Below, one piece after another: positions 13,165 through 29,600 of a stretch of DNA of 64,000 nt (the first letter of the stretch is position 1; each line of letters begins with the position of its first letter). The translations under genes and the position numbers were made by a program. This DNA comes from Macrostomum lignano (lineage: Eukaryota), in the NCBI GenBank assembly GCA_002269645.1, contig NIVC01001422.1, forward strand, positions 124,001 to 188,000. Direction: 5' to 3'. The notes beneath the pieces were generated by a model that was given only the letters and a program-made list of their open reading frames with translations, ran no database searches and was not told where the DNA came from.

Positions 13165-13905
13165 TGGAAGAGAGAGATTTATCCCCGAACTCAATGGGAA
13201 GGGGAAGAGTGGAAGAGGGAGATTTATCCCCGAACTCAATGGGAAGGGGAAGAGTTGAAGAGGGAGATTTATCCCCGAACTCAATGGGAAGGGGAAGAGT
13301 TGAAGAGGGAGATTTATCCCCGAACTCAATGGGAAGGGGAAGAGTGGAAGAGGGAGATTTATCCCCGAACTCAATGGGAAGGGGAAGAGTGGAAGAGGGA
13401 GATTTATCCCCGAACTCAATGGGAAGGGGAAGAGTGGAAGAGGGAGATTTATCCCCGAACTCAATGGGAAGGGGAAGAGTGGAAGAGGGAGATTTATCCC
13501 CGAACTCAATGGGAAGGGGAAGAGTGGAAGAGGGAGATTTATCCCCAAACTCAATGGAAAGGGGAAGAGTGGAAGAGGGAGATTTATCCCCGAACTCAAT
13601 GGGAAGGGGAAGAGTTGAAGAGGGAGATTTATCCCCGAACTCAATGGGAAGGGGAAGAGTTGAAGAGGGAGATTTATCCCCGAACTCAATGGGATGGGGA
13701 AAAGTGGAAGAGGGAGATTTATCCCCGAACTCAATGGGAAGGGGAAGAGTGGAAGAGGGAGATTTATCCCCGAACTCAATGGGAAGGGGAAGAGTTGAAG
13801 AGGGAGATTTATCCCCGAACTCAATGGGAAGGGAAGAGTGGAAGAGGGAGATTTATCCCCGAACTCAATGGGATGGGGAAAAGTGGAAGAGGGAGATTTG
13901 TCTCC
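13165..13905. repeat. 45-bp minisatellite GGAAGAGGGAGATTTATCCCCGAACTCAATGGGAAGGGGAAGAGT (about 16 copies)
   Basis: Tandem copies are visible, with a 15-codon periodicity in the ORF track. Lies between convergent genes. Confidence 0.95.
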
Positions 13906-14469
13906 CAAATTAATGAGACCGGAAAGCAGAAAGGCAGCCAATGGACAAGATTATCCCATCGCCCGATTTAGATGTTTAGTAGAGGGATTTTCCTAAACAG
14001 TGTCGATTCGTTCCTTCGTTTTGTAATTTATTACCTATCTGGAGTAGCAGGTAACTAAGACTTGCGATTGAACCATTGAACCGCCCTTTTATTGCCTCCG
14101 CCTACCTGTAGAATAACTTATTTTTGTTTGCTCAGTCCGAGACTAAATTTTTTACTTAAGTAAGTAAACTTGCACGTACATCAATAGAAGTAGACTATGA
14201 ACTTTTCGTTTTTATGTCGAAAAACCGATTATTATTATCATTAAGAAGCGTTTGTTCGGACAAAGATTTTTAGCTTAGATGCTAAGGTTCGATATGGATT
14301 GGCCGCTAAAATATCCGCTTATTGAGGCAAAAAACATCAGGGATAAGGCAAGGAAACAAGCAGAGATTTTCTTGTACTCGTAGTTACGCTCTTATATAAG
14401 TCATCGCAGGCAACTCTGAAGTCTGGTTCGGGTTGTAAGTCATCTTGGTTGGGTCTGCGCAACCCAACC

Positions 14470-18285
<3,816 letters not shown>

Positions 18286-18714
18286 GGATAGCGAGAGCGG
18301 ATACACTACAGAGGAGCAAGCAGGTTAAAGCCTGTGCTGCGCAGGCTTTCGATGCAATATGCCGACTTAAATGTTTGTCTGCCTTGAGCACTTCTCTTCC
18401 TCTACTGTCTCTCTCCCGTCGCCATCGGAGTTGCTTTGTATCCGCGCATCCATTGCACAAGCGCAGCAACTGTCAGGTCTGGCAGTCAGGCACTGGCAGG
18501 TCGAAAGAGAGAGAGAGAGAGAAATTCAATTTTGCGATGCTATTTCTAGACAGAATATTCGGAAGCCCATGCGCAGTTTTGTTGATTTCATTTCACGAAA
18601 AAATTATGCATTGTTCATCGCTGTAAACGTTCGAGTGGAAGCTGCAGGGCCAGACTGCTCCGTCACAGATCGGCGTTTTTTAATTCGAACTAATTGAATG
18701 CAATAGTCTGAATG

Positions 18715-19255
18715 TTAGGGTGAGCAGGGTGAGCAGGGTGAGTATTGTGAGCAGGGTGAGTATTGTGAGCAGGGTGAGTATTGTGAGCAGGGTGAGTATT
18801 GTGAGCAGGGTGAGCAGGGTGAGTATTGTGAGCAGGGTGAGTATTGTGAGCAGGGTGAGTATTGTGAGCAGGGTGAGTATTGTGAGCAGGGTGAGTATTG
18901 TGAGCAGGGTGAGTATTGTGAGCAGGGTGAGCAGGGTGAGTATTGTGAGCAGGGTGAGCAGGGTGAGTATTGTGAGCAGGGTGAGCAGGGTGAGCAGGGT
19001 GAGCAGGGTGAGCAGGCTGAGTATTGTGAGCAGGATAAGTAGAGTGAGCAGGGTGAGCAGGGTGAGCAGGGTGAGCAGGGTGAGCAGGGTGAGCAGGGTG
19101 AGCAGGGTGAGTATTGTGAGCAGGATAAGTAGAGTGAGCAGGGTGAGCAGGGTGAGCAGGGTGAGCAGGGTGAGCAGGGTGAGCAGGGTGAGCAGGGTGA
19201 GCAGGGCGAGCAGGGCGAGCAGGGTGAGCAGGGTGAGCAGGGTGAGCAGGTGAGC
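18715..19255. repeat. 9-bp unit array (GGGTGAGCA / GTGAGTATT)
   Basis: Visible directly. Confidence 0.95.
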
Positions 19256-20645
19256 ACATAATCCAGTTTTATGCTGCATTTTACACCTGCCTTTCAAAGG
19301 AACAAACATCTTGTATGAAACACATTATAATAACAGTGTTTTTTTTCATTTTTAATGTTAAAATTCACTTACTTTTCATTATAATTCTTTTTCACCCAAA
19401 ATTGGATACTAGCTACTGTAAGTAGGCACAAGGTCGCTAAAGATTTATATTTTGATAAAATTTGATTTCATTACGTTTCTCTTGTCGAAATACTGCACAA
19501 TATGGAAATGCAAAAAGAGGCGCATCTAGCCATATTTTCCGATTGAGTCGAGTCTACTCTAGCCTGAGATTCTTTGATTCTTTGTTTTTGGGAAACTGAA
19601 AATTTTAAACATAAATGGTCCCAATAAAGACTCAAATTAAGGACGAAAAATTGTTTGGCAGTTGCAGCCAGTCAATAAGTCCTAAAACTGGTTATTGCAC
19701 TTTTTCAAATGGTAAGAGACTAATTTTTAAATTGTTTTTTTTCCGTTGCTATCAACACTGGGTGTGCATTTTTGCAGCGAGCAACGGGGCTAAGAATTAA
19801 CCGTGGTCACACAGGAAGGCCTGCACAGTGTGAAGTTGCTGCACTGCACACAATCCGTCAGTCTGCCTATCTGTCTGCAGTGCCCTGAGTGCAGGGCAGC
19901 AATAGCTGCAGGGTTGAGTGCTTTTGCCTCATCCATAATTTTCAATGACGCCCAGAATAAAAAAGCATGGCATGGGAGCCGCACCTTGCCCATTGCATAC
20001 GGCAAGTTTCCTATTGAATCTCTCTTGTGAAGACATTCCACCCTATTATATCGCTGCAGATTCAACTCCGCCTCACTGTGCGAAACGCTGGCCCAAGGAG
20101 ATCTTATAGAATCTGGAGTAGCCACATCGGCTAACTAACTAAACTTCTACAGCTCATATTGGAGTCGCACTCCAGAGACTCTATTTATAGATGAAGATCG
20201 CCCTCGCCGAGCGGCCGGAGGGTCTGCTAGTCTTTTTTCACGATACAGAGAATGCAGCACAGACAATGTTCTTTTAATTTGTTTTTTTCATCTCTCTCTC
20301 TCTCTCTCTCTCCATATCCATCTCTAAACCTTTGCACCTGGCTACTCAAGAAAATAGCATTCGCTCAGCAGCTATTGTGTCTTTTGGCATCAACCGAGAG
20401 ACGGAGGAGTGAAGGGGCAAGCAAAGAAGCTGCTCAACCAATTGAGGGTTGCCAGCCAGAGAAAAAAATCTCTCCCTGCTGACGTCAAAGCTCAAATAGG
20501 CCAACCTGCCAAGCAAGCTGTTTAAGATATTTTCGCAACTAGCACACTCTGCCAGTTCATTTTGCCCAAACTGACTGGTGAAAACAGTTAAATTTCGAAC
20601 CTCTTGACCTTTCTTTTACTTGGCTGATTCGGACACTGAATCCGA

Positions 20646-23600
20646 ATGGCGCCCAACGGAGTCAGTGACCGAAGCGCTAGGCTCCCGCGCTTGATCATGA
20701 TCAGAATTCTGCTGCTAGTTGCTATGCAGGCCACTCTGTTCCCAGGTAAGAGTGCGCATCAAATTTCCGTATCCGCGTGCCTTTGTTGGTTGTTGATTTT
20801 TAACCAATTAATCTTAAGTAGATGCTTGCGAACGCACTACGCTCGTATTGTCGAGAAAAGTTGAATTTTCTTGATGGATGGATTTAATGGGATTATGGAG
20901 GAAGTTTTCGGAGCAAGTGCGACCCCCCTTTTTTCTGATTCTGTCGGGGATAATATGGATGGATTTAATGGGATTATGGAGGAGGTTAAAAAATTTGTCC
21001 CAAAAGCCCCCTCATGCCTTCTACTCAACAGAGTTCTGATGACTGCTCACCAAAAGTTTTTAAGAAGCAAAACTTTTCCATCTTCGATGCTGCTTCAAGG
21101 ACCACTAGAAGTTACCATTATATCATTAAATCAGTTAGAAACCCTGGTCTGCTAAATTGTTGCAAGCTTTGATGAATATAGTAACTGTATGTACATATAA
21201 GCATGACAAGTTTTAAACGATCTGCAAGGACTTGCGTGTAATGACATAAATAAGTTGTACTTTAAATGTGCAGCTTTAACAGGTTAAAGCCTTAAAAATT
21301 ACACACAAATCTATTTTGGAGCTAGTTCAGGTTTCCCAATCGAATCGAATATCAAATTGCCATCGATCTACTTTAAAAACAATATCGACACATTTCAGGT
21401 ACTGCATTTGCCCAGCTAGCCTGGGATACATTCAGCCCAGCTCAGCAGACGTACCCAACCGCCACCGTCACGATAGACGAAAACATGGCGGCTACCACAA
21501 CGGTGCTGACAATAACCACCACAGGGGCCACGGGCACCGTGACCTATTCGATTGCATCATCAACGACGGCTGCATTCACCATCGGGGCTTCCACAGGCGT
21601 GATTACGGTGAACGATGCGTCACTGCTTGACAGAGAAGCGATCTCCTTTATTGACTTGGTTCTGCAGGCGGTAGACACGTCTCCAGCAACGGTCTCAACT
21701 ACAGTTCGGATCGATCTGAAAGATGTGAACGAGATTGCTCCAACTTTTTCGTCGACTTCAACTTACAGCGTTACCATCAGCGAAAGTGAGTCGAATTGGC
21801 GCAAATTCTATAAAAATATTTGGATATGAGTTATACAGAGTAAACTTTGTCATTATTCCAGGTGCCACAGTGGGTACAACAATCCAAGCTCTAACGGTGA
21901 CGGACACGGACAGCGCCGCGACAAACGTTGCGTGCACCATCAGCTCAGGTGACCCGGACGGCAAGTTCCAGTTTCGGTCGGACAATCAAACCATCGAGCT
22001 GAAGGCCGCCATCGAGCCGGACTCGCCGACAAACAACAGCTTAACTTACACGCTCACCATCGTCTGCTATGACAATTTCAATGGTGTCTACAGCGGCGGC
22101 TCGCTCGCGTCGACTGGCACAGTGTCTGTCTCCGTGACGCCAGTGAATGACAACTCACCGACCTGGGGAACGTTCACTCCGGCTCTTGCTACTCCAATTA
22201 CTACGATTGATGAGAATCTGGCCAGTGGAACCATCTTTACCGCCGCTGCCTCGGATGTGGACTACGGAACTGACGGAGTCGTGACATTCAGCTTCTCGAC
22301 AGTCAAGTTCAACACTGGAGCGGATGCCAGCGCTTTGTTCACGATTGGCTCCTCAAGTGGAGTAGTGTCCAGGACTGCAGCGACCACCCCGGCTCTCGAC
22401 AGAGAGACATACAGCCACGTTGAGTTCGTTGTGCTAGCGATGGACAGCCCGACGGTTACAGCCGATCGGTTGACGATTACTCAGACAGTTCAAGTCAATC
22501 TCAAGGATGTAAACGAATTTACACCGGTATTCGACCCTTCAACTGGGCTATATAACGTTTCTTTCTCAGAGAGTGAGTGCTCATACTAGTTAACTATTCT
22601 TTTGGAAAACGCAACTCCTATGCATTTTATAAGACCATTTACAAATACCGGTGGTAGTAAAGGACGTGACATTTCAAAGTCATGAAATCTATAATGCATT
22701 AGCAAGAATTGGCCCTCCCACATAGAATAAATCCAATATGCATATGATGAGTTTAATTGGGGATTGCTTTATGTACATGTACAAGGTTGTTCATTCTAGT
22801 TTTTTGTAGAATGCCAGGGACCTCTGTGATACAGGATACCATTTCATGTATACCATAGATAACCATGATAAAGGTATGCATAACATTAAATAAGATTTTG
22901 CCACGCACAGCTATCATTATTTGTTTTCCATTTTCAAGTGATATTTGGAATTCTTCTCAAAGGTGAGAAAATTGCCAATATTTTAAAGCGAAACACCTGG
23001 ACCTTTAGATATGTTTTCCTTCATTAGAGGTGCTACTTCCACTTACTAACCAGTGGTTTCCGATAATTTAATCGTCCTTAATTTATTGACGCACAATCGT
23101 TATTCCTCAGCCGCTCCCGCCGGGACTCTGGTCCTAAACGTATCCGTGAGCGACCCGGACTTCTCGCGCACGGCCATATCCTGCACAATCACATCCGGGA
23201 ACACGCTGGATCGATTTCAAATGCGCGCGGATGGTACATCGTTGGAGCTGAAAACGCAGATCGAGCCGGATTCGCCCACCTCTGATCCTATAAACTATGT
23301 TCTTGCCCTTTCCTGCGCGGATAATACTGCCGGTACTTACTCGGGCGGTCAGAAGTCCTCGACTGGAACGGTTACAGTTTGGGTCGAATATAACAATGAC
23401 TACTCCCCAGTTTGGTCCACGTTTAGCCCGGCGTGGACATCGGCGACTACTCCGATTGCTACCATTCTGGAGAATCTGGCCGTGAATCAGACTGTATTTA
23501 CAGCCAGCGCAACAGACGACGACGCTGGAGACGATGGTCTAGTCGTCTACAGCATCTCAGGCGCAGTCGCGGAGAATGGGTCCTCAGTGATGGAGGCTTT

Positions 23601-26600
23601 CGCTATTAACGGTTCCAGTGGGGCAGTCAGCATAGCTAATTCTACAGTGCTCGATCGCGAAGGCTACAGCTATGTTGATGTCACTGTAGAGGCTCGCGAC
23701 TCGCCTGCATCTGGCACGACCTACACTATCACGCAGACAGTTCGAATCGGAATATCGGATTATAACGAATTCCCGCCGGCTTTCACGCCTTCAACTGGAC
23801 TTTACACACCTGCGATACCAGAAAGTGAGTATAGCTACTGGTTTACAGACAGGTTTTCAACATCAGCTCTGCATCAAAAAGGGGGTTGTAGCTTAGTGAA
23901 GAGGTTGTAGCCTAGTGAAGGGGTTGTAGCCTAGTGAAGAGGTTGTAGCCTAGTGAAGAGGTTGTAGCCTTGTGATGAGGTTGTAGCCTAGTGAAGAGGT
24001 TGTAGCCTAGTGAAGAGGTTGTAGCCTTGTGAAGGGGTTGTAGCCTTGTGAAGGGGTTTTAGCCTAGTGAAGAGATTGTAGCCTAGTGGTTAGAGCGTCG
24101 GACTCTCAACTTGTAGGTCAGGGGTTCGATTCCCGATCCAACTGAAACAATTTGTGTCCTTGAGCAAGACACTTAACTCTGCATTGCTTCAGTTCACCCA
24201 GCTGTAAAATGGGTGCCAGCATTAGCTGAGGTAATTGAGGGTGGGTGTGGCGACCTCCCAGTCCTTGGACTGAACAGCCGTACGCAGCCTTCAGATGTGC
24301 CGCACAATAGCTGCGGCTGAGCTGTCGGTTGCACATCTGCTCATTAGGGCAGGTGTAATGTATAAGTACATATAGTATTATTCGTATATGTACCTGTGTG
24401 CGTAAATTAATTTGTAATTCTCTTAAACGTGTCCCGAATTCCAGCCACGACAGCGGGCACCGCAGTGCAGACTATTGTTGCCACGGACCCGGACTACTCG
24501 AATACGGCAGTTGTGTGCGCCATTGCCGCTGGTAACAGTCTGAATCGGTTTGCAATCAACACGGCCGATAAGAAGCTTGTAGAGACCGCCTCCGTCATTC
24601 AGCCGGACAAGCCCACCCTCGATCCCACCATCTACCTTCTAACCGTTCACTGCGCCGATATGAACAACGGCACCCTGGGCACTCCAGTCCTGACATCGAC
24701 AGCCTACATCACGGTCAATGTGACCCTCGTCAACGATTACGATCCGACAATCACCCTGAACTCGACAACGATGGTGATGCCGGAAGACACCCCAGTATCC
24801 AGTTTCATTGTCAGTGTGACTGCGGACGACTTGGACTATGGAAATGACGGTACTTTCACCATATCGCTGAGTCCAACAACACCGTTTGCGTAAGTAGTAC
24901 CATTATCTTGCTTCTACGTCGAAATCCTAAAATTTCTCCTTAGATTGAATTGAGTTATTACGCGTTCGATTAATTTCAGTTTAACCGGAGACCGAACAAA
25001 GCTTCTGCTGACAGAGGCTCTAGACAGGGAAACCAAGGATTCGTACGTGATTGAACTGAGGGCACTGGATCAGGGGTCTCCAGCTAGGAGCAGCACCACA
25101 ACGTTGACAGTCAGCATAACTGACGTCAATGATAACACACCTGTGTGCAGTCCCAACACGTACAATGTCAGCGTCACCGCGGACAGTGCAGCCACCCTAG
25201 TGGCAAGCATTCCTTGCACCGATGCCGATCTGGGTGACAACCAGCTACTGGCCTATTCTTTTCTGTCGGGGGACACGCGAAATCTGACCCTTTCGTCTAC
25301 CACTGGTAAGTCAGTAAGTTTTGCTTAAAAAATAACACAATTTATATTCAACTCATATTGATAATTGGTCACATGACTTATCCAGGTGCCTTGACAACAA
25401 CCTTTCTAACGTACGATTCCGCGGCGCCGTCCAAAACTCTGGTGATCACTGTGCGCGACAGCGCGACACCCGCCTCGGCGCAGCGCACAGCGACCGTCAC
25501 AGTCACCGTGCACGTGCTGCCAAGAAACCTCGGCCCACCAGTCTGGGGGACATTCAACCCACCGTGGATAAGCGCCACTACCGCAATCAACTCGGTATCG
25601 GAGAATGCCGACGAAGGATTCGCAGTGTTCACCGCGGTTGCTATTGACTACGACTCCGGGCCAGACGGTCAGGTGATCTACAGTCTGGCCTCAGTAACCG
25701 GTACGGACGGCTCTACCAGCGTAGATCTCAGCTCCGTATTTAATATCTCCAGCAGCTCTGGCCAGGTGCAGGTCAAGACTAAAGGCATCCTTGACCGAGA
25801 GGCGACGCCAGCCTACACCTACATCAACTTCGTTGTACAGGCGCGAGATAATCCCACCACTGGGACTCCAAACAGCATCATGCAGACTGTGCGGGTTGAC
25901 GTTACGGACTTCAATGAGTTGGACCCAACGTTCACTGGCGATCCATTCTCTGCGACGCTTGTCGAAGGTAATTGGATAAATACAATGCAAAAAATTACCG
26001 TATGAAGACAAAAGTATTCACTAGTGCTTCAAGTAAAAAAATGACTGAAACTTAATACCCGAAATTCAGATTCCGCCGCTGGAACTCTGGTGAAACAGAT
26101 GGTTGTTTCCGATCCAGACAGCTCCAACACGATAATTACCTGCCAGATCACCAGTGGCAACGATCTTAGCTTGTTCCGCACAAACTCCGCAAACTCAACA
26201 ATCATCGAACTGAACACGGCCATCGATCCGGACAGGCCAAAAAATCATCCGCTTAGCTACCTGCTCATCGTCACGTGCTTGGATAATAATGGTGCTGGCA
26301 GTTACAGGACAGCAACAGCCAACCTCTCCGTAACCATCACTACAACCAACGATCACACTCCAGTCGTATCGATACCCATTGGCAGTAGCATTACCTTGCC
26401 TGAAACCCAGGCTATCGGTGACGTTGCTGATATTAGCGTTGTTGACCAAGACTACGGAACCGACGGCACAGTTGCGTGCTCGATAGCGCCTACTGGCACT
26501 TTTGGGTAAGTTTTGACAGGGGAAATTTTTTGACGACCGCTGTACACCCTGTATGAGCGTGAGCGTATAATTGCGTGCCTGAGTACAGTACACTTGTGCT

Positions 26601-29600
26601 CAGGAGTCAGCGGAATGTGCAGGATCGCATCACCGCTGGTCTTGGGGCGATTTAGCCGAAGATGTTATGTCAGAGTTTCCATATATACACACACAGACGT
26701 ATTGTCTTACGCTTCGTATAATAAAAAGAATTTAAAATCTATTAAACTATTGCAGGCTAACTGGCTGCACTAAGCTAACGCTCGTCTCAGGCTTGGACTA
26801 TCCAACGGCCAGCTCCTACTCGCTAACTATCACGGCTGTCGATAGCGGGGCAACGCCGAGAACTGGCAGCGTCGTGGTGACAGTGACAGTGACCGACGTG
26901 AATCGCTACACGCCGTCCTGTTCGCCGGCGACTTACTCGGCTTCTGTATTGGAAACAGCAGCCAGCTTCCCAACGGCTCTGACGCCAGCCACAACCATCA
27001 CCTGCACAGATGCGGATGGCAATGGGGTTTACTATCAGCTAGTAGACAATTCTGTACCTTTCTCCGTAAACAACTTGACAGGTGTCCTGTCCCTGAACGG
27101 GCCAGTTGACTACGATAGCGCAGTGCAAACGTATACGATACTTATTCGAGCGGTTGATCCGGCCGACTCATCCAAATCGGGCCTGGCTACAGCAACTGTG
27201 GCTGTGACTGCCGCTAACGAGTTCACGCCGACGTTTCCTACGGCCACTGTCACGCTGTCGGTGTATGAGACCGTAGCCAGCTCCACGACGATAACGACAT
27301 TCGCGGCGACCGATGCTGACTACTCTCCGCATGCGATCACCAGCTACGCGATCGCATCAGGCAACACTGGGGGGATGTTTGCAATCAGTAACACTGGTGT
27401 CATCACGGTGGCTTCAGGCATGACGATCGATTACGAAGCTGTCTCCGGAAGTTCGCCCTATGTTTTGCAGATTGTGGCAACAGATGGTGGAGGCCTAACA
27501 GGTACAGGGACGATTAGTATCGTTATCCTGGACTCGAACGACCTGCCTCCAGTCTTTAGCCCAGCAAACTACTCCGCCAGTGTCCCCGAGGGCTCGGCTG
27601 CAGGTACCACCGTCACCACGGTAACCGCCACTGACGGCGACACGGCACTGAACAATAACAACAAGATATTGTACTCCAAGCTAACTGGAGACTCGGCGGG
27701 CTATTTCAGTGTCAATTCTACCAATGGATTAATATTAACAACTGGTAATATACTGAACTACGACACCGTAACGCAAGTGGTCTTCACGGTGAGCATAACT
27801 ATTTTTAATTTTTATAATTTCCGACGATACATTGTATTCATAAAGATTAGATGTTAAATTATAAACCATCAGACATACAGTTTATGTAGCTATTAAACAA
27901 ATAATCCAGTAGATTTATCTGAGGCCATATATTACTTATGTTAGAAACAATTCTACAGTAAGAATCGAGTTTAGGTATTCAACAGAAAAGTGGTAAAAAA
28001 TCGAATTACAGGTCACAGCAGTGGATGGCAACGGTGCTGGACCACACACTGCCACAACTACAGTCACAGTCGCTGTTACGGATGTAAATTTACACGCACC
28101 AAGCTGCAGTCCGAGCACAGTCACGGTGAATAACATCCGTGAAGACGTTACAGTTGGTACTGCTCTCACCAGTCTGACTTCGCCGGTTATGATTTGCACT
28201 GATGGCGATGCCAAAGACACCCTGACCTACACAATGAGTGCCAGTGCCTCTGACAGCCACTTTGCAGTCAATCCGACCAGCGGCGCAATCACTGTGTTCA
28301 CTGCTCTGGACTTTGAAACCGCTAGAATCCATCAGTTTGAAGTAGTAGTCACTGACAGCGCTACTCCGGCCAAGTCGGTCAGTATGGCGGTGACCATCAA
28401 TGTACTTGATGTTAACGAATTCAGCCCAACCTGCACAGTGCCAACAACCGCGTCCATGAATGAGGCTCAAGCAGTTGGTACCGCTGCCTACTCTGCAACT
28501 AGTTGCAGCGACTCAGACGGCACTGCAACAACGCTACAGTTCGCTCTAGTGCCCGGCACCCCGTTTCAAGTCAGCTCATCCGGAGCCGTCACTGCCAGCA
28601 GCGCACTGGATTATGATCCAGCCAGTGCCACCACCAGCTACTCAGTGCGTCTGATTGTGTCAGACAATGCACCCACGATCAGCTCTCTCAGGTCCAGTAC
28701 TTACACAACCGTTGTCTCGGTGACACCTGTTAATGAGTTTGCACCGGTGCTCACCTACACGGCTCTCACTGCTAGTCTAGCTGAGGATTCGGGAACAGGG
28801 ACAGCACTAGCTTTGAAAACTATCGGTGGTACGAGCGTCTCAATGGCGGCAACTGACGCCGACCGAGGCCTGAATCACGCCACCCTGACCTGGTCCATTG
28901 TTGGTGGAAATGACGCCGGTAAATTTTCGATCAATTCGGCTTCGGGAGCGCTGCAAACAGCCGCGGCACTGGACAGAGAGACAGCCGCCAGCTACACGCT
29001 TCTGGTTAGCGTAACAGATGGAGGCGGCCTCTCTTCCACTGCTAACTGCACCGTGGCCGTCTCAGTGACTGACATCAATGATAACACGCCAGTTTGCAAT
29101 CCAGCTTCTCAGACCATCACCCTGTATGAGGGCGAAGCGGCCAAACAGCTGGTAGACTTCGGTGCATCGGGCAGAGTTACCGACGCTGACTCTGGAGTTA
29201 ACGCGCAGCTGACCTTCAGTCTAAACAATGCGGGTAAGAAGAGCACTGTTTGATATTATTGCCATAATTATCCGCTATCATAATGAGTGAACTAACAAAA
29301 GAAACTCCACAATCTGATTTCAGCTGCTCTGAGCCCAGACTTCCAGCTTAGTGGCACTCGTCTCAGTAGCGTGCGCAGCTTCAGTTCGTCCGATACCCTA
29401 TCAAACACGCTTTTAGTTGTAGCTACAGATGGTGGCAGCCCCGCTCGATCAGCCACTTGCTCTGTGACGGTTAACATAGCCGTCACAGCTAGGCCGCCTA
29501 CGTTTACAGTTGCTAACAGTGCTGTCACGGTGTCCGAGAGCTCTTCAGTGGGCACTCAGGTATTTCAATTTGTTCCCAACTTGGGCACTGGTGGAACAGG

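Noticed and set aside
19790-20125. 111-aa ORF as a gene
   Set aside because: No splice context, non-ATG start and no recognisable motif; at most a decayed repeat fragment.
24072-24140. tRNA genes here, at 2436-2510 and at 34200-34268
   Set aside because: A and B boxes are present, but acceptor and T stems are imperfect and the sequence continues into SINE bodies found in multiple copies.
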